64,000 nucleotides of DNA. It comes from an uncultured Gammaproteobacteria bacterium (GTDB taxonomy: Bacteria; Patescibacteriota; Microgenomatia; 2-02-FULL-39-11). Numbering within the stretch: position 1 is the stretch's first letter; every line of letters begins with the position of its first letter. The stretch spans positions 48,308-112,307 of the forward strand of contig CAYIFB010000001.1 in the NCBI GenBank assembly GCA_964362665.1. Direction: 5' to 3'. Below are positions 1 through 9,848 of the stretch, one piece after another. The notes beneath the pieces were generated by a model that did not search any database, had not been told where the DNA came from, and was given only the letters and a program-made list of their open reading frames with translations. Made by a program: the position numbers and the translations under genes.

Positions 1-161
1 CGGATTCAAACGGCGTAAGGCAAAATGTTTCTGTCTGTTTCCTGCCTGAATCCAAATCTTTCTCTAATGATGCGAACTCTATTTATGGATCGAACGGAAT
101 TACAGCTGCAGGATGTCTAGGTACAGGTGGAACAACTGCATGTTATTGGTGTATTAAATAA
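1..161 (+). CDS. 3' end of a Cys-containing secreted protein, probably a type IV pilin (partial)
   Basis: Frame 3 is open from the window edge: ...VSVCFLPESKSF...AAGCLGTGGTTACYWCIK*. Its TAA (159-161) overlaps the next ATG. The Cys-rich C-terminus resembles CPR pilins, but the N-terminus is outside the window. Confidence 0.5.
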   Translation, partial: DSNGVRQNVSVCFLPESKSFSNDANSIYGSNGITAAGCLGTGGTTACYWCIK

Positions 162-2170
162 TGATGAGGCGGGTAATTAATTGGTGGGGATATATATTGA
201 TTTTGGTGATTATAGGAGGGGTATACCTCTATAGTCAAGTAAAGTCGATTTACGGAGGAGATGCGGGTGATCTGGTATCTGCGATAATTACACTGGGAAT
301 ACCCCACCCGCCAGGCTATCCTTTGTATACAATATTGGGAATAAATGCAGTCAAGATATTCCAATATTCTACAATGGCCTGGCGGGTGGGGTTAGTGTCT
401 TCTATTTCTTCTTTAATCTTTCTTTTAATTCTCTTTGATTCTTTATTTTATCTAACTCATAAAAAAATAATATCTTTAATTGCCGTACTAACTTTAGCCT
501 TCACATACCCCATTTGGTTATATTCGGTAACCGCAGAAGTTTTTGCCTTAAACAATTTAATAACGATTTCCCTAATCTGGACTTTTCTTCACTTATACAC
601 CGAAAAAAAGCAAAAATATTTATTATTATCTGCATTTTTATTCGGACTTGGTATATCTCATCATCATATTATTATTTTACTTATTCCTGCTCTCATATAT
701 TTATTATTTAAATCTGAGATTAGACTGACTTTCAGACTTATATTTAAGATTATAATCTTATTTCTTACAGGATTGACGCCTTATCTTTATGTATTTGTCG
801 CCAGTAAAAATACGCCTGAAGTCAATTGGATGGGGTCGCCAAATTTCTCCAATTTCCTTACATTGTTTACGCGAGCCGGATACGGGACATTCAGGATCGG
901 CAGCTTCACGGGATTTGATCCGCTTTCAAGAATATTAAACGTCTGGGCTCTCTTTGATTTTGCCTTCAAAGATTTCAGGATTGCAGGAATTGTACTAATG
1001 ATGTTCGGAATCTATCAGGCGTGGAGAAAACTCCGACGAATTTTCTGGTTTTTAACCATTTACTTATTAACTTACATATTTTTCATGTTCTACGCATCGT
1101 ATCCTTTAGTCGATAATTTTCTGGTGGCAACTTTTGAAAGGTTTGTCCAGCCTTTATATATAATTTTAAGCATTTTTATGGCCTTTGGCATGTGGTTTAT
1201 AACTGATTTCATATTAGATCATATTCCAAAAACTCTCGGAATTCATAAGTTGTCTAAGGTATTAATATATATGGAGTTAACTTTTTTTATATTACCTCTC
1301 GGTGTTTTTTTGATAAATTACCCAAAAATTTCAATTCTTAAAAATGATCTGACAGCTGAAAATTTAGCTTCAGATATCCTCGATACCCTTCCGCAAAATA
1401 GTATCTTAGTCTTATCGACTGATACCCCGCTTTTTGATACCCAGTATCTATATTACGCAAATAAAAAGAGACCTGATATAAAACTCATTCATCTTTCCAA
1501 GATGTATACACCCTTTTATCAGGATACGCTGAAAAAATATTATCCGGATATAAAATTTATTAACACTGCGGATTTAGACAGTCAAAAAATCATGACCCGT
1601 TTTATATTGGACAACTATGACCTGTTTCCGCTCTATTTTAAACAGGCATTAAAAATAGACGGCGGAAAGTTTATCCCTGAGGGGTTGTTATTCCGCGTAT
1701 ATAAAGACCAGGATATTCCCAAAGCCGAAGATACATTAAAACTTAACCAAAAGCTATGGCAGTCGTTTCACAATCCCCTTTCGGGGAGTTTAGGGAAGTA
1801 TCAGAATCTGATGCTCTCCGATGTTATAAAATATTACGCTTACGCCCATCAGGAATTCGGATTCTGGGCATCTAATCACATTTATCCGAAAGAAGCCGTT
1901 GAACATCTAGTAACTGCCGAAAAACTTTATCCTCAGGACAAGGACAGCTATACGATATTGGCTCAAGTCTACATTCTTGATAAAAAATGCGATTTGGCTG
2001 ATGATCAGTTAAATCACCTAATAGATCTTGAAAAAAATAGTTCTGAAGCGATTTATCTTAAAGCGATCAATTACTCAACTTGTTATAAAAATAAGGAGAA
2101 GGCCGAGTATTACCAGAACCTTTTTGAAAAGTCGAAACAAGATCAAGAAGTAAAATTAAAAAAATTGTAA
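161..2170 (+). CDS. DUF2723/TMEM260-like GT-C membrane glycosyltransferase with C-terminal TPR-like region
   Basis: GGDAGDL...LGIPHPPGYPLY, AEVFALN and GLGISHH motifs; multiple TM helices; helical TPR-like tail. Confidence 0.85.
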   Translation: MMRRVINWWGYILILVIIGGVYLYSQVKSIYGGDAGDLVSAIITLGIPHPPGYPLYTILGINAVKIFQYSTMAWRVGLVSSISSLIFLLILFDSLFYLTHKKIISLIAVLTLAFTYPIWLYSVTAEVFALNNLITISLIWTFLHLYTEKKQKYLLLSAFLFGLGISHHHIIILLIPALIYLLFKSEIRLTFRLIFKIIILFLTGLTPYLYVFVASKNTPEVNWMGSPNFSNFLTLFTRAGYGTFRIGSFTGFDPLSRILNVWALFDFAFKDFRIAGIVLMMFGIYQAWRKLRRIFWFLTIYLLTYIFFMFYASYPLVDNFLVATFERFVQPLYIILSIFMAFGMWFITDFILDHIPKTLGIHKLSKVLIYMELTFFILPLGVFLINYPKISILKNDLTAENLASDILDTLPQNSILVLSTDTPLFDTQYLYYANKKRPDIKLIHLSKMYTPFYQDTLKKYYPDIKFINTADLDSQKIMTRFILDNYDLFPLYFKQALKIDGGKFIPEGLLFRVYKDQDIPKAEDTLKLNQKLWQSFHNPLSGSLGKYQNLMLSDVIKYYAYAHQEFGFWASNHIYPKEAVEHLVTAEKLYPQDKDSYTILAQVYILDKKCDLADDQLNHLIDLEKNSSEAIYLKAINYSTCYKNKEKAEYYQNLFEKSKQDQEVKLKKL

Positions 2171-4355
2171 GTCCTGAAAGTATTGTAATATTTTTTCCTA
2201 ATTCAAAAGATCGAGACCGATAAACAAAAGTTACATTATGTTGGCCTTTCTCCAAAGGAACTCCAATAAAGGTTAAATTTACATTATAAATCGGGATTTT
2301 GACATTATCGTCATAAGCAGACCACCCGGGGTAATTGTTATTATTCCACACAAGTATTGTTGGTTCAAGTGCGCTAACAACTACTTTTACACTTTGGTCA
2401 TTAACGATCAGATAATCTAATTTTGAATTAGTTTCTCTTGCGCTCAATTTATTATTAAGATTTATAATTTTGTCCTCTATAGCTATTTTATTTCGATCAT
2501 TCGACTCATATTTACTTAAATACATAAAAAAATCTTGCAGGGTAGTGACGTCTTGAGTTTCAGAGGATAGATAAAAATTATCGAGCGGATTCTCTAATTC
2601 ATAAACCAAAATTGAAGAGGTAGATATTGTTGCGGGGGCATTTATGGTGGTGATTAACCTGATATCCTGATCTTTAATTGGATATCCGGAAATCAAATAT
2701 TTTACGCCGGCTAATTTAAAGGCATTTTTTATACTATTATTTAAAGCAGCAGAATTTTTTTCACCATCGATTAATATATTTTTGGCAATATCTGTATAAA
2801 TTGTGATTCTTCTCGGAAAAAGTCCTGTAGTACTGTTGAATTGAGGAATATCAAAAATAAGATTATAGTTCGGATGTAAATAGTTAGTGAAAAAAACATA
2901 CGGTTCGATGTTTGTCCATCCTTTGTGTAAAAAAATATCATTCCATTTGAGGGAACTCCTCAGAGTGACGATTTTGTTATTATTTCCTTTTATAATATCG
3001 AGGACTTGAGGCTCTGTAATCCAAAGAGAAGCTTTACTGACTGGCGGATAGCGGTATGAAAACATGAATTCATCCGTAACGATAATCATTAAAAAAAGAA
3101 AATATAAGATATACACAAATAAAACTTTTTTTCTTGATCTGAAATAAATGAAAATATTTTCCAAAGTGATGGCGGATAGATATGTAAGAGAAATTATGGT
3201 AAGGATGAGGTAACGTGAAGGAACTCTAAAAAAATTGAAAGGCGGAAATGTAAAAATAAGATATAAAGGAGAATATTTACCGGTGATAAAAAGCAAACTT
3301 ACCAGTAAAAGTATCACAAATAATAGTACCCGTCGTTTTTTTAAGTAAAAAAGGCTGAAAAAAGCCAAAATTAAAGGAAGTAGGCCTAAATACGCCGTAT
3401 TTTCCCAAAAGATTCCCCAATCTTCAGAAAATCCGGGATATGTGCCAAGACCCGGAGAGCCGAATAAATAAGGCTTAAGGAAAGTTAGAAGATGTTTTGG
3501 CGGATAAGGGAAGGCTGTAGAATTTTCGAAGCTCAGTCCCCCGCTATGGGTTGATAGTTTTACGAGTTCCAAGGTAGGCAACAGCTGTATAGCTGATAAT
3601 AGAATGGCAAACACAAAGGATGTACTAAGGATTAAGATGCGTCTGAATAAATATTTATCTCTAAATCCCTTATATATGAGAAACTCGTATAAAATTAAAA
3701 ATAGAATGACAATAAAAAGCGATATAAAAAAGATAGTGACATAGCCGGCAAAAAATTGTTCGGCGGTAAGTAGTGACAGGAAGCACATATTTCTTAAGCT
3801 CGGCCGCCGCCAGACCCTAAAACATGAAGCCCAAAGGAGAGGCGTCAATGAAACTGTTTGGAGAAGATTCAGATGATTCAGGTGAACACTGAAAAATCCG
3901 GAGAAGGTTAGTATGGTGCTGGCAAGACTTGATGTCAGCGGGGAAAACTTAAACATTCTGAATAAATAATATGTGCCAATCGCCAGCAATATATAGGACA
4001 AAACATAACTTAAATTATAAGCATAAATAAAAGGCAGAAATTTAAAAAGAAGAAGGTTCGGTAGGTAAAAAGTCCCTATCTGGCCTTCTGCAAGAAGTGG
4101 AAATCCATTGGCTATTTTGTTTGTCCAAAGAGGCCACGTATCGTTCTTCAACGACTGACTCAGAAAATTTTTTAAGGGAAGATTATAGTTTAAGACATCG
4201 CTTTCCCCGAAATCCGGAATCATAAAAATAGAAGGTTGAGGGAAAAACAATCTGAAGAAAAATACGACAATCAGGATTAACGGGACGCTAATCGGAAGAA
4301 TTTTATGTATGAAAATGCCGATACTTGACATGAAATTAGCACTTTTATTTTTCAT
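2067..4355 (-). CDS. YfhO-family membrane protein (GT-C fold)
   Basis: PLW...GFPLLAEGQIGTFY, AIQLLPT, FRVPSRY and C-terminal YPGWSAY...GVPLEKGQHNVTFVY motifs; multi-pass TM. Confidence 0.85.
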   Translation of the reverse strand: MKNKSANFMSSIGIFIHKILPISVPLILIVVFFFRLFFPQPSIFMIPDFGESDVLNYNLPLKNFLSQSLKNDTWPLWTNKIANGFPLLAEGQIGTFYLPNLLLFKFLPFIYAYNLSYVLSYILLAIGTYYLFRMFKFSPLTSSLASTILTFSGFFSVHLNHLNLLQTVSLTPLLWASCFRVWRRPSLRNMCFLSLLTAEQFFAGYVTIFFISLFIVILFLILYEFLIYKGFRDKYLFRRILILSTSFVFAILLSAIQLLPTLELVKLSTHSGGLSFENSTAFPYPPKHLLTFLKPYLFGSPGLGTYPGFSEDWGIFWENTAYLGLLPLILAFFSLFYLKKRRVLLFVILLLVSLLFITGKYSPLYLIFTFPPFNFFRVPSRYLILTIISLTYLSAITLENIFIYFRSRKKVLFVYILYFLFLMIIVTDEFMFSYRYPPVSKASLWITEPQVLDIIKGNNNKIVTLRSSLKWNDIFLHKGWTNIEPYVFFTNYLHPNYNLIFDIPQFNSTTGLFPRRITIYTDIAKNILIDGEKNSAALNNSIKNAFKLAGVKYLISGYPIKDQDIRLITTINAPATISTSSILVYELENPLDNFYLSSETQDVTTLQDFFMYLSKYESNDRNKIAIEDKIINLNNKLSARETNSKLDYLIVNDQSVKVVVSALEPTILVWNNNNYPGWSAYDDNVKIPIYNVNLTFIGVPLEKGQHNVTFVYRSRSFELGKNITILSGLTIFLILLLDLVSTFQKGSGNTRPSPYFYNKLSN

Positions 4356-4446
4356 GATTATTCTTTATATGAGTTAGTTTAAATAACTAAATGAATTGTA
4401 TTATATAATAATTTAAGAACGATGGTTTATTGGAAAAACTGTTAAG

Positions 4447-5676
4447 ATGACTAAACACACGGGTTTGTTCATATTTATTATTATATTGTTTGTTTACCTT
4501 TTTTTTGCCGGCAGATTTAAATTTTCCTTCCCGAAAACCAACCGCGATTATTTTACCAGACTCTCTTATTCTTTTTTACAGGGAAGGTTAGATATACCGG
4601 ATCCCGGATATACTCCCAATGATTTATCCTATTACCATGGAAAGTACTATCTTTATTGGGGCCCTGTACCAGCAATGCTTCTCATGCCGATAATTTATTT
4701 ACTAGGTACAAATGTAAGCGATATATTGTATACCGTACTGTTTGGTTCGATAAATGCCCTACTGATTTACCTTTTATTTCTGGAATTTCAGATATTTAAT
4801 AAATTAATTATATCTAAAAGCATTATTTTACTATTAACACTTTGCTTTTCACTCGGGACAATTCATTTCTATTTATCTGTTCTTGGAACTGTTTGGTTTA
4901 CATCACAAATTCTTACTTTAACCTTATATATCATTTCTTTATTTTTTTTATTTAAACACCTGAATAAAAGAAACTATTCATATGCGTTTTTAAGTATCTT
5001 TTTTCTTGGTGCGAGTACTCTAGGAAAATATACTTTCTTGTTGTCATTTCCTCTCCATTTTGGACTTTTGTATAAATACAACAGATTATCCTATTTAAAT
5101 ATTGTTAAGCTAATAATGGTATTTCTCGTATTTATCGTCATGACGCTCATCTATAACTATTTTAGGTTTGGTTCAGTATTTAGTAACGGACTTACTTACA
5201 TGCAGGTACATTCCCGTTTTTTTCAAGATTTACAAAATCTCGGTTATTTTAACATTAATTACATTTTCAGGAATATTTATTATTTATTTCTAATCCCTCT
5301 CCAGTTTAGGATTCAAAAACCTTTTATCCTTCCTGATCCGAACGGAAATAGTATTTTCTACACTACACCTATTTTTATTTTACTTCTTTACGGGGCTTTT
5401 AAAAAATATTTTTATGCGAGAAAACAGATGTTTTATTATTTAGGTATTACTGTATTATTGATGCTGCTGCCAGTGCTTCTTTATTATGGCGGTGGTTGGT
5501 ATCAATGGGGTTACCGGTATGCGCTGGATGTCTATCCCCTGCTCTTTTTACTTCTTCTACTTATAATTAATAAATATAGTAATAAAGTTATCTTTACTTT
5601 AGTAACTTTATCAATACTGATTAATTTATACGGTACTCTGTGGATGATGGAGTTTGCCAAACATGCTTATTTCTGA
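4447..5676 (+). CDS. Multi-pass membrane protein, probable GT-C glycosyltransferase
   Basis: SFLQGRLD...DLSYYHGKYYLYWGPVPA and GWYQWGYRYALD motifs; about 11 hydrophobic segments. Confidence 0.65.
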   Translation: MTKHTGLFIFIIILFVYLFFAGRFKFSFPKTNRDYFTRLSYSFLQGRLDIPDPGYTPNDLSYYHGKYYLYWGPVPAMLLMPIIYLLGTNVSDILYTVLFGSINALLIYLLFLEFQIFNKLIISKSIILLLTLCFSLGTIHFYLSVLGTVWFTSQILTLTLYIISLFFLFKHLNKRNYSYAFLSIFFLGASTLGKYTFLLSFPLHFGLLYKYNRLSYLNIVKLIMVFLVFIVMTLIYNYFRFGSVFSNGLTYMQVHSRFFQDLQNLGYFNINYIFRNIYYLFLIPLQFRIQKPFILPDPNGNSIFYTTPIFILLLYGAFKKYFYARKQMFYYLGITVLLMLLPVLLYYGGGWYQWGYRYALDVYPLLFLLLLLIINKYSNKVIFTLVTLSILINLYGTLWMMEFAKHAYF

Positions 5677-5689
5677 CATATTTAATTAT

Positions 5690-6463
5690 ATGAATTTAAT
5701 CATTATATTTTTACTCGGTTTATCCATCGGGTCATTTCTCAACGTCCTTATCGACCGGTTGCCTGCAGGCGAATCCATTTGGATAGACAGGTCGCATTGT
5801 GATAGTTGCCGTAAAACCTTAAACTGGTATGATCTTATACCTGTCATATCATTTATCATTCTCCAAAGAAAATGCAGGAATTGCCATAAAAAGATCTCCT
5901 GGCAGTATCCTCTGGTGGAGGCAGCCACAGGACTCTTTTTCCTTTTTACATATGTATCGATGATTCGAATCACTGGTACAGATTTAACTGTTCCACACTT
6001 AATTTATTATTTAATACTTGTGGCTAGTTTAATAGCAATTTTTGTAACAGATTTGAAATACAGGATTATCCCCGATCAGATTCTGATTTTTCTGACTATT
6101 TTGACCGTGGTATACCAGTTTATTTATTTTCCTCAGTTTATTAAAGATAATCTTATCTCAGGAATTATCAGCTTGTTATTTTTTTTAATGCTGGTCATTA
6201 TTACCCGGGGCAAAGGCATGGGACTCGGGGACGTCAAACTGGCATTTGTCATGGGCCTGCTTCTTGGATTTCCTAAAATAATAGTCGCGCTTTACCTGTC
6301 TTTCTTGACAGGGGCAGTTGTTTCGCTGATACTTATATTGATTCATAAAAAATCCATGAAAAGTACTATCGCTTTTGGACCTTTTCTCGTATTTTCCACC
6401 CTGACGACGATCTTTTACGGCAATTATTTCTGGCAACTTTTCCAAAAGATTTTTACTTTATGA
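5690..6463 (+). CDS. pilD: Prepilin peptidase/N-methyltransferase (A24)
   Basis: GSFLNVLIDR, RSHCDSC, CRNC, DLKYRIIPD, GMGLGDVKL, AFGPFL. ATG at 5690 preferred over the 5654 TTG. Confidence 0.95.
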   Translation: MNLIIIFLLGLSIGSFLNVLIDRLPAGESIWIDRSHCDSCRKTLNWYDLIPVISFIILQRKCRNCHKKISWQYPLVEAATGLFFLFTYVSMIRITGTDLTVPHLIYYLILVASLIAIFVTDLKYRIIPDQILIFLTILTVVYQFIYFPQFIKDNLISGIISLLFFLMLVIITRGKGMGLGDVKLAFVMGLLLGFPKIIVALYLSFLTGAVVSLILILIHKKSMKSTIAFGPFLVFSTLTTIFYGNYFWQLFQKIFTL

Positions 6464-6936
6464 GAAAACGCTTAAGCATAAAAGGCAATCAATATAAATT
6501 AAATTCAGGCTTTACACTTCTGGAGCTTATAATTGTCATGGTGATTATTGCCATTCTTGCGTCTGCTATCTGGGGAAACTTTTTTACATCTCTCACCAAA
6601 TCCAGAGACTCTAAGAGGAAACAGGATTTGGATCTAATCGCCAAATCTTTGGATATTTATTATAACGATAATAAAACATACCCCACTTCCCTACCCGATC
6701 CCGGTAATCCTTTTTTTAATCCAGTGGTGACAGGAGTATTATATATGCAGAAAATTCCGGCAGATCCTTCGTATCCTGATGCGACTTACTGCTATCCGAC
6801 AATTGCTGAAGGTTCAAATGCCTTTAAATTATATGCAAAACTGGAAAATTCACTGGATTCAAAAATCATACCTACTGTCTCCTGTAATAATGTAAACTAT
6901 AATTACGGTATTTCAAGTTCCAATACTACGCCATGA
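6460..6936 (+). CDS. Type IV pilin / GspG-like pseudopilin
   Basis: Class III signal G|FTLLELIIV; RDSKRKQDL. Confidence 0.92.
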   Translation: MRKRLSIKGNQYKLNSGFTLLELIIVMVIIAILASAIWGNFFTSLTKSRDSKRKQDLDLIAKSLDIYYNDNKTYPTSLPDPGNPFFNPVVTGVLYMQKIPADPSYPDATYCYPTIAEGSNAFKLYAKLENSLDSKIIPTVSCNNVNYNYGISSSNTTP

Positions 6937-7427
6937 GAAATAAATATCAAATAAATAAGAACGGTTTTACCCTGGTTGAGCTTCTGGTCGTTATTGGAAT
7001 TATCACCATGATTACGGCACTTCTTTTTCCCAATTTTATGGGAGCAAGGCAAAGGGCGAGGGACAGCCAGAGAAAAACTGACTTGAAGCAAATTCAGGGA
7101 GCGGTTGAGCTTTATAAATTGGACCAAAATCCTCCGGCTTATCCCAGCGGCAGTTATTTTGCCACGACCATGTGCCGAAAATGTTGGAGCTCAGCAGGAA
7201 GCTCAGACACTTGTCCTAACGGCAGTAATGTTTACATGAACAAGTTTTCCTGCGATCCCGGAACTAATGCCAATTCACCATATTTATATAATCGCGACCT
7301 AAATGATACATTAAAATATACGCTCACGGCTTGTCTGGAAAATCTGGTTGATCCCGACCGTGATCCAACTCCGGTTGCCGCTTGTGTAACCCCGGGGTAT
7401 GCGAGTTATACTGTAAATGAACCATGA
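6933..7427 (+). CDS. Type IV pilin
   Basis: G|FTLVELLVV; ARDSQRKTDL; Cys pairs. Confidence 0.92.
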   Translation: MRNKYQINKNGFTLVELLVVIGIITMITALLFPNFMGARQRARDSQRKTDLKQIQGAVELYKLDQNPPAYPSGSYFATTMCRKCWSSAGSSDTCPNGSNVYMNKFSCDPGTNANSPYLYNRDLNDTLKYTLTACLENLVDPDRDPTPVAACVTPGYASYTVNEP

Positions 7428-7831
7428 ATAATAAATTGAAACAGGGATTTACACTAATGGAACTTCTAGTGGTGATTTCGATCATTGCCATACTTGTAAC
7501 CATCGGCTTGACCAGTTTTTCTACCGCACAAAAAAAAGCCAGAGATTCCAAAAGAAAAAGCGATATCAAAGAAGTGCAAAATTCTCTGGAACAGTATTAC
7601 AGCGTCTGCGGATCTCAATACCCCGTCCCCACAGATTTTTATGCGCAAGGAATTGTTTGCAGTTTACCGAGCTTAGCGATTATGCCGACAGTACCAACCG
7701 ATCCGAGAGGAACGCCGCCTTATTATTGCCCAACACCGGCAGCTACAAATTGCACATCAACTGGGTATCAAATTTGTGCAAGTCTTGAAAGTGAAACTCC
7801 GGCAGCATTTTGTGTATCTAATCAGCAATGA
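7424..7831 (+). CDS. Type IV pilin
   Basis: G|FTLMELLVV; ARDSKRKSDI. Confidence 0.92.
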   Translation: MNNKLKQGFTLMELLVVISIIAILVTIGLTSFSTAQKKARDSKRKSDIKEVQNSLEQYYSVCGSQYPVPTDFYAQGIVCSLPSLAIMPTVPTDPRGTPPYYCPTPAATNCTSTGYQICASLESETPAAFCVSNQQ

Positions 7832-8298
7832 TTACAATATCCAATATCCAATATCCAATTTCCAATTCAGAAAAAATTATTAAATCTGAAAAGTCCTGTG
7901 GTTTTACCATGATAGAAATTCTGGTGACTGCTACGATCATAGGACTTTTGTCTACCATCGGTATTAGTGGTTTCCAGGCTATTACCAGAAGCGGCAGGGA
8001 TGCCCTGCGAAAATCAGATCTGGAGCAAATAAGGTCAGCTTTAGAAATTTATAAGTCTGAAAACCAGAAATATCCCACTGTTTCTTCATGCAACGCAGTT
8101 TTGACGACTGATTATATCAATCCTTACCCTACAGATCCCAGTAAAACAACCTACAAATATTGTTACGTTCCAGCAGCGGAACCTGCTTTAACCTATAAAT
8201 TATGTGCTCATTTGGAGAATGGTGATTCCATTACGGATAATTGCGATAGCGGATCTAATTGTATAGGTAATTGCAATTATCAGTTGACAAACCCTTGA
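7828..8298 (+). CDS. Type IV pilin with a heptamer repeat in its leader
   Basis: G|FTMIEILV; GRDALRKSDL; leader ISNIQYPISN is encoded by a CAATATC repeat. Confidence 0.9.
   Translation: MITISNIQYPISNSEKIIKSEKSCGFTMIEILVTATIIGLLSTIGISGFQAITRSGRDALRKSDLEQIRSALEIYKSENQKYPTVSSCNAVLTTDYINPYPTDPSKTTYKYCYVPAAEPALTYKLCAHLENGDSITDNCDSGSNCIGNCNYQLTNP
7835..7868 (+). repeat. Tandem heptamer repeat (CAATATC)3-CAATTTC-CAATTC
   Basis: Read directly from the sequence. Confidence 0.9.
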
Positions 8299-8816
8299 TG
8301 AAAATTTCAAAATTTTCCGGTTATACTCTCATCGAAGTTTTAATAAGTGTGGCGGTAATTTTTATAATTGTCAGCGTCACTTTTGCAGGTTATGCCCGCT
8401 TGAATCAAAGACAGACTTTGATTTCCGCCGGACAGACGATGAAAAATATACTGCGTGACGCACAATCCCGCGCCTATACAAGTGAGGTGGATTGCAGTGT
8501 CTGTAACTGCAGTGTTGGTTCTTCGATAAATTCGGTAGGATGGTATGCAGATTTTTCTCCCTCTGAACAAAAGATTTATGGAAATTGCGGAGATAATAAA
8601 GATTTTTCTGCTAAAAACTTTGGATTACCCGATGGAATTTCGATAAATGCTTCACCGGTGACTAAAATTTTATTCCGCAGTAGACCCTTGGGAGTTGATA
8701 ATCCAGTGACTGTCTGTCTGACATTAAATTATTTAACCAATAATTATTATAAAATTACCGTTGGACCAAGCGGGGAAATATCGGACAGCGCAGGTTTGGT
8801 GGATACATGTCCTTAA
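8298..8816 (+). CDS. Minor pilin, FimT/FimU/GspH-like
   Basis: G|YTLIEVLI; LRDAQSRAY. ATG 8298 overlaps the previous TGA. Confidence 0.85.
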   Translation: MKISKFSGYTLIEVLISVAVIFIIVSVTFAGYARLNQRQTLISAGQTMKNILRDAQSRAYTSEVDCSVCNCSVGSSINSVGWYADFSPSEQKIYGNCGDNKDFSAKNFGLPDGISINASPVTKILFRSRPLGVDNPVTVCLTLNYLTNNYYKITVGPSGEISDSAGLVDTCP

Positions 8817-8828
8817 AAAACTGTCAAA

Positions 8829-9311
8829 ATGAAAAAAATTTCCACTTATGCTATTTCTTTAAGTTCCGGACAGACTATTATTGAAGTTGTGATCGCTTTA
8901 TCCCTCATCATACTTTTTTTGTCAGGGGTGGTCATTGTGGAGCTCATTTCCATAAAAAATGTCCAGTATTCCCAGAATAAAAGTATTGCGACCTCACTTG
9001 CCCGACAGCAGATAGAGAGAGCCAGGGTTATCCGCGATTCTGTCGGAATCGGTGCCTTGGACACTTGTATGAATAATTGTTTCATCAATAATAATTTGAC
9101 TCCCGTACCTGTCAGTCCGACGGGCGTATATGGTCAGAACTTGAAACTGACCGCGGTTACTGAGTTTGATTGTCCGATTCCTGATGTCACAATTACCCCG
9201 ATGCCAACCTCATATAAAGCAGTTTCTACCGTGAACTGGGGGTCTGGAACAACCAACGTTACGCCTGCACCGGAACTTAGCGTCTCATCATGTATTACAG
9301 ACTGGAGATAG
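8829..9311 (+). CDS. Minor pilin, PilV-like
   Basis: G|QTIIEVVIAL; ATSLARQQIERAR; ends ITDWR. Confidence 0.8.
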   Translation: MKKISTYAISLSSGQTIIEVVIALSLIILFLSGVVIVELISIKNVQYSQNKSIATSLARQQIERARVIRDSVGIGALDTCMNNCFINNNLTPVPVSPTGVYGQNLKLTAVTEFDCPIPDVTITPMPTSYKAVSTVNWGSGTTNVTPAPELSVSSCITDWR

Positions 9312-9312
9312 T

Positions 9313-9846
9313 ATGCGAAAATTTCACATAAAAAAATTTGGCTTTTCCATGATAGAACTTTTGGTGGTGGTGGCTCTGATTGGAATTATCGGCACGATTA
9401 CCACGCAGGTTTTTATCCTGGCACTCCAGACACAGGTGAAAAGTGAAATCATCAAGGAGGTCAAACAAAACGGCGATTACGCTTTGACGGTGATGGAATC
9501 TATGGTCAGAAATTCTACAGACATTCTTGCCGCTTCCTGTAACGAGACATCTCAACAGCTTTCCATCCAGAATGCCGACGGATATACTACAATCTTTGAT
9601 TGTACAGATGCCAATATATCATCCATCAGCGGTAGTCTGGAGCCACTTCCTACCGGGGCTCCTTTAACTAATTCCAAGGTAAAAGTTTCTGCTTGCACGT
9701 TTCGAGTCATCTGCCCTACCCCGCCGATCAACCCCAAATATGTCTATATCGAGTATACCGTCAGCCAGGCAGGGGCAGGGACAGGCCCCAAGGATACATC
9801 AAGCCTGAATTACCAGACCACGGTTTCTCTGAGGAATTATCAGTAG
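9313..9846 (+). CDS. Minor pilin, PilW/GspJ-like
   Basis: G|FSMIELLVV; EVKQNGDYAL; C-terminal QTTVSLRN. Confidence 0.85.
   Translation: MRKFHIKKFGFSMIELLVVVALIGIIGTITTQVFILALQTQVKSEIIKEVKQNGDYALTVMESMVRNSTDILAASCNETSQQLSIQNADGYTTIFDCTDANISSISGSLEPLPTGAPLTNSKVKVSACTFRVICPTPPINPKYVYIEYTVSQAGAGTGPKDTSSLNYQTTVSLRNYQ
9743..9845 (+). repeat. 103-bp direct repeat, copy 1 (3' end of the PilW-like gene)
   Basis: Identical to 10785-10887. Confidence 0.95.
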
Positions 9847-9848
9847 AA

